Source of the DNA: Candidatus Pacearchaeota archaeon UBA92
GTDB lineage: Archaea > Nanobdellota > Nanobdellia > Pacearchaeales > GW2011-AR1
NCBI GenBank assembly: GCA_002497285.1
Contig: DANJ01000011.1
Coordinates: 3,091-67,090, forward strand
DNA length: 64,000 nucleotides
Reading direction: 5' to 3'
Both the position numbers and the translations under genes were made by a program. Every line of letters begins with the position of its first letter. Positions within the stretch are counted from its first letter, which is position 1. Positions 34,083-42,529 of this stretch are shown here, in pieces. The notes beneath the pieces were generated by a model. It was not told the origin of the DNA. It did not search any database and saw only the letters and a list, made by a program, of their open reading frames with translations.

Positions 34083-35192
34083 TAATTCTTCGTAACTTTT
34101 AAGATATTCTGGATAAAAATAAATTGTATAAGTATAACCCTCCTCTCTTTTTATTGAGTGGATTCTAAATTTTATTTCGATATCTTTTGGGAGCCTTTTC
34201 TTTAAAATTATACAAACCATCGGCATAGAAGGGGTTTCAAGATATTTGATATCTTTTTCATTTAATCTTTTAATAAATTTATTTTTATTTGAGATAATTT
34301 TCATCGCTCTTTTCTTAAATCCTTTTTTGGATAAATATTCTGTATTTGCCCAAATAATTGCAGGCAATATTCCAGACCTTGATCCTATAAGTGTGTCGTC
34401 AAAAATTTTAACATATTCAGTATTACTACCAATATTATCTTGCAAACCCTTTCTACACAAAAAAATTCCTGAGGGGTAATAAAGGAAACCATATTTATGA
34501 TAATCAAAGGTTAATGATTTAACAAAAGAATTTCCAAAGTCTGAATATTTATTTTTATTTAGAAATGGGATAAAAAATCCTCCAACAGCAGCATCAAGGT
34601 GCAAAAAACATGGTTTTTTATACTCTTTGATAAATTCGGATATTGATTCTATATTGTCTATTATTCCAGTTGAAGTATGCCCTAAGGTTCCAACTATAAT
34701 TAAAGGAGATTCAATATTTTTTGTTGCTTCCTTAAGTTGAGTTTTATCAAGGGGTTTGTTCCAAAATTTAGCTTTTGTTTTTATTATTTTTAAATCAAGC
34801 AATCTTGCTGCTTTATCTAAAGAATAATGGCCCTCACTATGAGAAATAATAATGGGCCTGCCTTTCTTTTTAAGATATTCTCTTCCTATCCATAATGCCA
34901 TAATATTTCCTTCGGTTGAACCACTATTAATGTATCCATCAAGGTTAGAACCATGGAACCAATTAGAGATTTTTTTTATAACCTTATTCTCAAGTTCTCT
35001 ACAACTATCTTGAGAAAACTTCATCCTCGTAGTAGTGCCAATATTATTTGGGTTTAATTTTAATAATTGTTTTATTTCTTTCTTAAAATAATTTTGAGGT
35101 GTGGGAGGTTGAGGAATTCCGATTCTAAGTAAGGAAGTTTCTTTTTCTCTTTTTATTACCTTTTTTAATTTGTTTTTAATTTGTTTTATCAT
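34068..35192 (-). CDS. PLP-dependent group II amino-acid decarboxylase (MfnA-like)
   Basis: SGSTEGNIMALWIGREY, HLDAAVGGFFIPF, and SLTFDYHKYGFLYYPSGIFLCRK (PLP lysine in DxHK). Confidence 0.75.
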   Translation of the reverse strand: MIKQIKNKLKKVIKREKETSLLRIGIPQPPTPQNYFKKEIKQLLKLNPNNIGTTTRMKFSQDSCRELENKVIKKISNWFHGSNLDGYINSGSTEGNIMALWIGREYLKKKGRPIIISHSEGHYSLDKAARLLDLKIIKTKAKFWNKPLDKTQLKEATKNIESPLIIVGTLGHTSTGIIDNIESISEFIKEYKKPCFLHLDAAVGGFFIPFLNKNKYSDFGNSFVKSLTFDYHKYGFLYYPSGIFLCRKGLQDNIGSNTEYVKIFDDTLIGSRSGILPAIIWANTEYLSKKGFKKRAMKIISNKNKFIKRLNEKDIKYLETPSMPMVCIILKKRLPKDIEIKFRIHSIKREEGYTYTIYFYPEYLKSYEELLKII

Positions 35193-36748
35193 AGTCCTAA
35201 ACTTATATACTGAACACCTTTTTTACTTATTATAAAAAGAACAGGTATTGTTAAATCTTCTCTTTGTGTTTTTTTCAATAGATTAGATAATTTATCGATA
35301 TCATTCTCAAAGACTTTAGTATATTTTTTTGGAAAATCTCCCACTATTTCCCCCATTTCATATATTAAATTGTAGTCTGGAACATAATCTCTTGGCAGAA
35401 GTTTAAGTGATTTCCCTTCTTCCCTCATAACAAATGGTTCTTCAGGATTCTTTGATATTGTAATAATCACTTTATTCTTAAAATTATTTTTATCAATCAA
35501 AAAAGAACCATAATATAAAACGTCCTTTCTTGAGGGGCTTAACCTAACAATATATATTTTATTTGGTTTCTTATTTTTAATCATAAATTTTTTTATGTTA
35601 TTATAGTCTCTTGAAAATAAGTGATCTGTATTAATTATATCTCCCTCTTCATCTCTTATAGTTATGCTCCAAATCTCTTCTTTCTTTTTCATAAAATGAT
35701 TTGGATTAAATTCCGATGGATTCCTATATATTTTTACTGGTAACAATTTGTCTGGATATAAATATTTTAAAATTTTAATCCCATCCCATCTTGATAACAA
35801 CTTATTTTCTTTAAAGGTATCACTAACTGATTTATTAATTGTATATCTTGGTTTCCAAGAAACATATTTTTTTGCTTTATCAATACCATATATACGATTT
35901 CTTGATAAACTTATTATGTCTTCTTTTAAAAGGGAAGGTTTCTTATTTGATTCGTTATATTCTTTCTGTTGTTTTTGAGCAATTCTGAATAATTCTCTTA
36001 AAGTCGCAGATTTATCTATTCTTTTATCAAATATATTTGCAACCAGATTTAGATAATCTTTTTGTGATGTAAATCCAGAAGCGATATTAAAATCTTCATT
36101 TTTAATTTCTAAATTTTTAATAATTTTCATAATAAAATTTGATAAATCATTTTGATGAATAAAAGAAAAATTATTACTCCCATCACCAAACATTATAGCT
36201 TTATCTTTTTTTATTGCTTCAATAAATCTATTGAATTTATTTTTAAAATATAATCCAAATATAATTGGAAATCTAACTATAACAAAATCTATGTCCGACT
36301 TTTTTAAAATATTTTCTGCTTTTAATTTATAATTTCCATAGTAACTAGTAGGAATTTTGTTCGAATTTTCAAAGATAATTTTAGATTTATAATTTCCATA
36401 TACTGCCGATGATGAACAAAATATTATTCTAATATTTTTCTTTTTCTTTTTCAAATAACTAACTAAATTTTCCAATGTCTTATAATTAATTTTGGAAGAT
36501 TCTTCATTTAAAAATTCTGCTTTTCCTATAGTAAATATGATGTCAGAAATATTTTTTATTTTATCAAGTTTATTTAGATCTTCATTAATTATAAAATTAA
36601 TTTTTATTAATTGTTCATAACACTCCGGATTTTGAGGATATTTTTTATAATAAGTACCAATCAGCTCAAAATCATAATTGGTTAACGTTTCAGAAATAGA
36701 TTGAGCAACTTTACTAGATGCGCCAATAATGATGATTTTTCCTCTCAT
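35189..36748 (-). CDS. NAD-dependent epimerase/dehydratase (SDR) fused to an uncharacterised ~200-aa C-terminal domain
   Basis: KIIIIGASSKVAQS, CSSSAVYGNYK (S...YxxxK), VRFPIIFG. The C-terminal half has no motif I recognise. Confidence 0.6.
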   Translation of the reverse strand: MRGKIIIIGASSKVAQSISETLTNYDFELIGTYYKKYPQNPECYEQLIKINFIINEDLNKLDKIKNISDIIFTIGKAEFLNEESSKINYKTLENLVSYLKKKKKNIRIIFCSSSAVYGNYKSKIIFENSNKIPTSYYGNYKLKAENILKKSDIDFVIVRFPIIFGLYFKNKFNRFIEAIKKDKAIMFGDGSNNFSFIHQNDLSNFIMKIIKNLEIKNEDFNIASGFTSQKDYLNLVANIFDKRIDKSATLRELFRIAQKQQKEYNESNKKPSLLKEDIISLSRNRIYGIDKAKKYVSWKPRYTINKSVSDTFKENKLLSRWDGIKILKYLYPDKLLPVKIYRNPSEFNPNHFMKKKEEIWSITIRDEEGDIINTDHLFSRDYNNIKKFMIKNKKPNKIYIVRLSPSRKDVLYYGSFLIDKNNFKNKVIITISKNPEEPFVMREEGKSLKLLPRDYVPDYNLIYEMGEIVGDFPKKYTKVFENDIDKLSNLLKKTQREDLTIPVLFIISKKGVQYISLGL

Positions 36749-37836
36749 TTTCGTAGGTCGACAATATGTCTTAATTTGTGAGAGCTTGTTTTTGGAACCT
36801 CAATTTTATTTTGAAAGATAAATTCCTTCTTAGCGAAAATAAATGAAAGTTCTTTGATGATATCCTTTTCTTTATCTTTAAATTCAGATGGAAGAATAAA
36901 TTCAACATAATCTCTATTCTCTTTTGTTTTAAAATTAACAATAAATTCATTAGTATATTTTGATAAAGTATCTTCTATTTTTGTTTTTGATGTAAGCATT
37001 CCTTGCAATTTTATAAGGTCATCATCTCTTCCTGTAACTGAAAATTCACTTATTGAACCATCATCATTATATTTGACTTTTTCTAGAACATCTTTAGTAT
37101 TATATCTTATTATTTTTGTAGAACTATTATTTAAATCAGTTATTGCTAATTCTAAATTTTTATTTATCTCTACTGCCTCTACATATATCCCCTCATTAAT
37201 TACTTTTATTAATTTTGGATCTCCTTTTTTAGAAACTCCAAGGGCAGGACATTCTGTTAAACCAAAATGATTTACAACTTCAACACCCAAGTCTTTAAAT
37301 CGTGAAATATATGAATCTAATAACATTTCCCCTGCTACAAGAACTTTTTTTGGCATAATTTTCGGATTAATTTTATTTAAAACCTCAAGTAAACCAAGAG
37401 CATAGCTTGGAACTGAGAACCATACTGTTGGTTTCACCTTTAAAATAACTTCCATTATTTTTTCCTTGGGATATGTATTTGGAGCGCCTAATGGCAATAT
37501 TGATATGCCATCCAATAAACAAGCTCGTTCATACATACTGCCAGGAACATAATTTCCATATGCGAAAAGATTCAAAACAATATCTTTATTTGATACCCCC
37601 GATAGTTTTATCGATTTTCTTGTTCTGTTAATAAATCCTTCTACAGCTTTGTTAGAGTAAAAAACATAAAGAGCTTTTCCGGTTGATCCACTTGTAATTC
37701 TTAGTTCAAGAAAATTTTTAGGAACTATAAATGCCGATAGGTCTTTTTTCGTACTAATTTTAATCTTTTTCCAATCTTCAATAGATTTAATTTTATCTTC
37801 TCCAACTAAATCATTCATTTTTTTTATTATTTTCAT
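36745..37836 (-). CDS. adenylate-forming ligase, PaaK/CapK/coenzyme-F390-synthetase family
   Basis: TSGSTGKALYVFYS AMP-binding motif. The C-terminal SSHKLRHIVDLRK resembles the PaaK-type SGKxxRxxDxR ending. Confidence 0.65.
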   Translation of the reverse strand: MKIIKKMNDLVGEDKIKSIEDWKKIKISTKKDLSAFIVPKNFLELRITSGSTGKALYVFYSNKAVEGFINRTRKSIKLSGVSNKDIVLNLFAYGNYVPGSMYERACLLDGISILPLGAPNTYPKEKIMEVILKVKPTVWFSVPSYALGLLEVLNKINPKIMPKKVLVAGEMLLDSYISRFKDLGVEVVNHFGLTECPALGVSKKGDPKLIKVINEGIYVEAVEINKNLELAITDLNNSSTKIIRYNTKDVLEKVKYNDDGSISEFSVTGRDDDLIKLQGMLTSKTKIEDTLSKYTNEFIVNFKTKENRDYVEFILPSEFKDKEKDIIKELSFIFAKKEFIFQNKIEVPKTSSHKLRHIVDLRK

Positions 37837-37887
37837 AGTATTTATTTGGAAAGTATATTTTAAAAGCTTTCTAAACTTATTTTATTC

Positions 37888-38553
37888 ATGAATAAATCAA
37901 AAAATAATAAAGAAATTTGGAATAAGTTCTATAAAAAAAGTTCAAAGTATATATACTGACCGTCTGAAGAAATATTTACTTTTTCTGAAAAATATTTAGG
38001 AAACCTTAAGGGCAAAAAGGTTCTTGATATTGGGTGTGGGGCTGGAAGGCATTTATTGATGTTTGATTATAGGGGATGTATTACCTTTGGAATCGATAGT
38101 TCGAAAGAGGCTGTATCAACATCTAAAAAATTCTTGAAAAAGTGGAATGTTAATTCAGAAATAAGGTTGGCTAGTTCCACTAATATCCCCTATAATGATA
38201 ATTCATTTGATATTATTCTTCTTTGGGATATTTTTCATTACCTCTCAAAAAGAGATCAAGAAAAAACTATTGAAGAAATTATGCGAGTATCAAAAAATGG
38301 TGCATGGGTTATATTTTCACTTAGATCAAAAAATGATTCTAGATATAGGATAGGAAAAGAAATGAGAAAGAATACTTATTTACAAGATAAACCAGGAAAG
38401 AGAGATATTGTGATAGAATATTGGAGCAAAAAAGAAGCGGAAAGTTTTTTTAGATTAGATAATTTATTGATTGGAGAGAAAATTATTGCCCCCATTGGTA
38501 GATATAATGTAAAAAGTGCTCATTGGATTCTAGCTGGGAAAATTAACAAATAA
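37888..38553 (+). pseudogene. class I SAM-dependent methyltransferase interrupted by one in-frame TGA (37957-37959)
   Basis: ATG at 37888 is in frame with ORF 38056-38553. Motif I VLDIGCGAGRH (38020-38052) lies between the TGA and the first possible restart, so any restart product lacks the SAM-binding loop. Confidence 0.7.
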
Positions 38554-38587
38554 ATAACTTTAAAAATGTAACTTGGTATTTCATTTT

Positions 38588-39487
38588 ATGGAAATAAATA
38601 AAATATTGAAAAATATCTCCAGAGATGTAGCCAAGGTACAACACGAATCAGGCGTTTTATCACAATGGCCAATAAATTCAGTAGAGGCAATGTATTATTC
38701 TGGCCCTTTTTTAATCCCAGAAGTAGGGAAAAATTTAATGAGTTGGAAGAATGATCCAAAAAGTTTATTTGAAAAAGGATTGATGCCCGGAAAACTTTCA
38801 GGATTAATTTTTTATTTTTTAAATGAAAAGGCAAAAGAGATGATGGGAGAAGAGAATCATAAAAATCTATTAATGGGAATTTTATCAAAAATCATGCTAT
38901 TTAAAAAAGAAAATTATTTTACTGATTATACCTCCAAATCATGGATGCCTGAATGGGATTTGGATGCTAATCCAAAAAAAGTAGATGTAAAAAAATTAGT
39001 ATTTTTACTCGATAACTTAACAGAAATGATTAATCCTATTTTTAGATCTAATGGAGTACAATTGTTTTTTGATGATAACAATGTTTATCGTTATTATTAT
39101 AGATTAGAATTAAACAAGAAAATAATTATTGTATCTCCAAAACAAGGTATGAAAATTGATTTTTTTGAACATATTATTGAACCTGAAAATCTTGATCATT
39201 CTCAAGTATTTATTGAAAACGGGGGGGAAATTATCGAAGGAGATTCGAATATTTTATTTGAAGAAGTAAAAAATAAAATTAAAAAATTAAAAAATTCTAA
39301 AGAGTTCAATAGGGAATATGTTATTAACCAAATTTTTGATGCTTTTGATTTTGATATTCCAGAAGCACAAAAAGGATTTCTTAAAACACCCTTTCCTGAA
39401 GAAATAGTTAAATTTTATATGAAAACATGTGAGATTCCAGAAGATAAACTTAGTCAAGGAATATATCATATTTTAGGAGGTTCATAA
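38588..39487 (+). CDS. hypothetical protein (candidate substrate-binding partner of the split dikinase)
   Basis: ~300-aa ORF (first ATG at 38588, TTG at 38573). Its stop abuts the start of the swivel-domain gene (TAAATG). No motif recognised. Confidence 0.5.
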   Translation: MEINKILKNISRDVAKVQHESGVLSQWPINSVEAMYYSGPFLIPEVGKNLMSWKNDPKSLFEKGLMPGKLSGLIFYFLNEKAKEMMGEENHKNLLMGILSKIMLFKKENYFTDYTSKSWMPEWDLDANPKKVDVKKLVFLLDNLTEMINPIFRSNGVQLFFDDNNVYRYYYRLELNKKIIIVSPKQGMKIDFFEHIIEPENLDHSQVFIENGGEIIEGDSNILFEEVKNKIKKLKNSKEFNREYVINQIFDAFDFDIPEAQKGFLKTPFPEEIVKFYMKTCEIPEDKLSQGIYHILGGS

Positions 39488-39808
39488 ATGATACTCAAAG
39501 GCATTCCTGCTTCTGAAGGAGAATTTGAAGGAACTCTCAAGATTTTCTCAAAAGAGAAAGAATTTAATAAAAATGATATTCTTGTAGCTATCTCAACCTC
39601 TCCCGAAATGAGTGCAGAGATGTTAAATGCTGGAGCAGTTCTTACAGAGTATGGAGGATTGTTATCTCATGCTTCAATATTTTGCAGGGAGATTAAAAAA
39701 CCATGTGTTGTTGGAATAAAAGATTTATTAAACGTAGTTTCTGATGGTATGAAAGCCAAAATTAATGGTAAAAATGGTATTGTTGAAATTAGCCCAAATG
39801 AAGAATAA
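39488..39808 (+). CDS. PEP-utilising enzyme mobile (swivelling phosphohistidine) domain, stand-alone
   Basis: ILVAISTSPEMSAEMLNAGAVLTEYGGLLSHASIFCREIKKPCVVGI, with the catalytic His in GGLLSHAS. Confidence 0.8.
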   Translation: MILKGIPASEGEFEGTLKIFSKEKEFNKNDILVAISTSPEMSAEMLNAGAVLTEYGGLLSHASIFCREIKKPCVVGIKDLLNVVSDGMKAKINGKNGIVEISPNEE

Positions 39809-40853
39809 AAAGTGGTATTCAAGACTTTTAAAAAGAGTGAACTTATCAACTACATATGAAATATTTAATCTCTTTAAAACTTCGAAATTTGTTGTATTGA
39901 AACAAGAAGAATTTAAAAATCATTTCTATAGAGAGATAGCCTTTATACTGGGCCCGTATGTTTTATGTTTTGCAAAGAATAAGACTATGAAAAATGAATT
40001 AGTTTTAAATTGGACAAGTAAAAATCCCCAAATCCCTTTTGGAAAAATTTTCAAAAACAAAAATACTGAAAGAAAACTGATTGAAAAGACGATCAATAGT
40101 AGAAAATATATTGTTTCAGGAGAAATTAATGCTACTATTGAAGAAAAATTTAGAGGTTTAGAGATTCTTAAGGTTTCGGCCTTTTGCGGAAATGTCATGA
40201 ATTCTAAGGAGGATATTAATATTTCAAAAAAATTTATTTCAAAAAATAAATCCGATTTATATTTATTTCCTGAATCATATCCTTTCTCAAGGATAGTTTT
40301 TAATTCAAAAGGATTTCCGGAAGGCACAATATTTGGCAGGTATGGTAACCATGGACCTGAAACATACTTTATGAAAAAAAATCCGGTTCAAATAAGCAAG
40401 TCTACAGCTTTTGCTGATGAAAAAAAAATAATGAAAAAGGGAAGATTTCCAAAAATAATTGATCACAAAGGAATAAAAGTGGCAGTAATAATCTGTTATG
40501 ATTTATTAAATCCAAGAATCTCCCATTATTTGGCTAATAAAGATATAGACATTGTTTTTATTCCTTCCATGATTCCTTCCAATGATGTAGAAAAATGGAA
40601 AAAATTTCTTTATGTTAGGGGGCAGGAAATACAATGTCCGTTAATTCTAGCAAGCAATAAAGACAAAAGGAATATTTGTATCCCAAAAATATTATATTAT
40701 GATCCTATTGAAGAAAAAGTTAATGAGTATAATAAACCTCAAGTTTTTGAAATTCCATTTGGAAAATTGAAGATAAAAGAATCCCCAAGAGTACATTGGA
40801 GCTGGTTATTGAAGAATAAGGTGTTTGGTCCTTTTTCAAAAGATTTTGATTAA
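39798..40853 (+). CDS. carbon-nitrogen hydrolase (nitrilase superfamily)-like protein
   Basis: LYLFPESYPF (Glu motif) and GIKVAVIICYDLLNP (Cys motif). Alternative starts are at 39765 and 39774. Confidence 0.5.
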   Translation: MKNKKWYSRLLKRVNLSTTYEIFNLFKTSKFVVLKQEEFKNHFYREIAFILGPYVLCFAKNKTMKNELVLNWTSKNPQIPFGKIFKNKNTERKLIEKTINSRKYIVSGEINATIEEKFRGLEILKVSAFCGNVMNSKEDINISKKFISKNKSDLYLFPESYPFSRIVFNSKGFPEGTIFGRYGNHGPETYFMKKNPVQISKSTAFADEKKIMKKGRFPKIIDHKGIKVAVIICYDLLNPRISHYLANKDIDIVFIPSMIPSNDVEKWKKFLYVRGQEIQCPLILASNKDKRNICIPKILYYDPIEEKVNEYNKPQVFEIPFGKLKIKESPRVHWSWLLKNKVFGPFSKDFD

Positions 40854-41476
40854 TTTTTTGCTTTATCTATGAACTTTTTAACTTTTAAGAGGTCTCTAAA
40901 ACCCATGTTGTTTCTAAGGGAAGATTCAGCATCTACAGCATATGGTTTAACTTTACTAATGGCTCCTTTAACATTTGATTCATTCAAACCTCCTGCCAAG
41001 ATTATGGGTATATTGTTATTTTTTACAATTTTTTTACTTAGGTTCCAATCATGAACTTTACCCGTTCCTCCGAGGTGATGTCCAAGTTTTGAATCAAGTA
41101 AAATATAATCTGCCTCACAATATAACTCTATCTTTGATTCATCATTTTTATTAGTAATATGCACAACAGGTATGATTTTTATATCACAATTTTTTGATAA
41201 ATATTCTACATTTGTTTTAGTAGGATTCAACAATTGAATTCCCCAGGGAGAAATATATTCTATCAAATTCAATAATTTAATTGGATCATCTTCAATAGTT
41301 AAAATAATAAATTTTCCTTTATTATTATGGGATATGATCTTTTTAGCTTCGGTTGGATTTAAACTTAAATTAGTCTCAGGAATCTCTATAAGTAATCCTA
41401 AAAAATCAGCCCCATATTCAATAGCCTTTTTTGCTTCATTGCTAGAATGTATTCCACAAATTTTTACTTTTACCAT
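40850..41476 (-). CDS. trpF: phosphoribosylanthranilate isomerase (TrpF) family
   Basis: MVKVKICGIHSSNEAKKAIEYGADFLGLL, GGTGKVHDWNL, PIILAGGLNESNV, AVDAESSLR. The start is taken at the internal Met; the ORF-track extension to 41665 is non-homologous. Confidence 0.8.
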   Translation of the reverse strand: MVKVKICGIHSSNEAKKAIEYGADFLGLLIEIPETNLSLNPTEAKKIISHNNKGKFIILTIEDDPIKLLNLIEYISPWGIQLLNPTKTNVEYLSKNCDIKIIPVVHITNKNDESKIELYCEADYILLDSKLGHHLGGTGKVHDWNLSKKIVKNNNIPIILAGGLNESNVKGAISKVKPYAVDAESSLRNNMGFRDLLKVKKFIDKAKN

Positions 41477-41553
41477 AATCTCAATACGAAAATCAAGTTT
41501 TTTAATATTTGTAAAATGCAAAGATTTATATCTTGTAACTATGGAGTAGCAAT

Positions 41554-42123
41554 ATGGCAAAAAGAATAGAATTTGTTTGTACAGCAAATAATGGGAAAAG
41601 TCCGGTAGCATTAGCTGTAGCCAGAAATTATGTTGGAAAAAATGAAAACTATGCATTGTCTTCAACAGGAACCATGGTTGATGTGATTACAAGGTCTGAT
41701 GGCAATCAACTTTCTAAATACTTAAACCAATTTTTAAGTGATGCCTATGAGCGAAATATTTTGTCTACAAAAGAAGTTGAGAATTTAGAAAAGAATCCTA
41801 GAGGAATATTAGAAAAATTTCTCAGAAACGAAAGAACAAATAGGGACAGATATCTTACTGGAATAGGTTTAGAATTTGTAGATTATCCTAATCAAACACA
41901 TGCAATTGAGGGTGGAGGGATAATTGCTTGTATTGGAGATTCAAATTTAAAGAGAGTTAGGGAGATATATAACTGTTCAGATCATTCACCAAGAATCATA
42001 AATCTAATGGGTGAAGAATATCCTGATGTAAGTAATCAATGGGTGTTAACTTATGATGAGTTTAGAGATGTAGCAAGAGTGGTGAGAGAAAATACGATTA
42101 GATTGATTGAGTTAGATAAATAA
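41554..42123 (+). CDS. low-molecular-weight phosphatase-like protein with variant P-loop (CX5K)
   Basis: IEFVCTANNGKSPVA compared with the canonical VCxGNxCRS. Confidence 0.4.
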   Translation: MAKRIEFVCTANNGKSPVALAVARNYVGKNENYALSSTGTMVDVITRSDGNQLSKYLNQFLSDAYERNILSTKEVENLEKNPRGILEKFLRNERTNRDRYLTGIGLEFVDYPNQTHAIEGGGIIACIGDSNLKRVREIYNCSDHSPRIINLMGEEYPDVSNQWVLTYDEFRDVARVVRENTIRLIELDK

Positions 42124-42165
42124 TTTTCTATTTTTTCAAAATGTAAGTCTGCTTTCAAACATCTA

Positions 42166-42354
42166 TTACTTTTTGGTTTTAGGTTCCAAATCCCAATATG
42201 CACTTTTACAATTAGGGCATATTCTCGGTTTTTCTTTTAACTCGCCCTCAAGTTGCGATAATTCAACACGAGGTATCCACTCGTGACCGCACCTTAAACA
42301 TCTGAAAGCATTAACCTCCTTCTTAATTCTATACTTATCTTTAGTATCTTTCAT
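42166..42354 (-). CDS. small zinc-ribbon protein
   Basis: CLRCGHEW...CPNCKS. Confidence 0.5.
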   Translation of the reverse strand: MKDTKDKYRIKKEVNAFRCLRCGHEWIPRVELSQLEGELKEKPRICPNCKSAYWDLEPKTKK

Positions 42355-42529
42355 AGTTTATTTAAGTTTAACTCCTTTATATAATTATCGTTTATAAAAA
42401 CTATGTTAATATTAGTTAATTTTATTATAATGTGGGATATAATTGTATTTTTATCGTCGGTTATTGTATTTACTTATAAAAGTAAGAAATAGAAAGGTTT
42501 ATATAGTAGTTATTACTTATATAAGTAAG

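Noticed and set aside
37957-37959. In-frame TGA as evidence of genome-wide TGA reassignment or selenocysteine.
   Set aside because: TGA clearly serves as a stop elsewhere, for example in the ATGA gene junctions at 22490-22493 and 23746-23749. All other cargo genes are intact without internal TGA. I saw no SECIS-like context or Sec machinery. A point mutation or sequencing error is the simpler explanation.
41477-41665. 63-aa N-terminal extension of the trpF ORF.
   Set aside because: TrpF homology starts at MVKVKICGI. The extension is aromatic-rich junk that overlaps the divergent promoter and the start of 41554-42123.
42443-42529. Upstream TTG/ATG-extended start of the transposase ORF (MYFYRRLLYLLIKV...).
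   Set aside because: It is a low-complexity translation of AT-rich promoter sequence. MIKVNNQIQT at 42530 gives a sensible N-terminus ahead of the SWIM finger.
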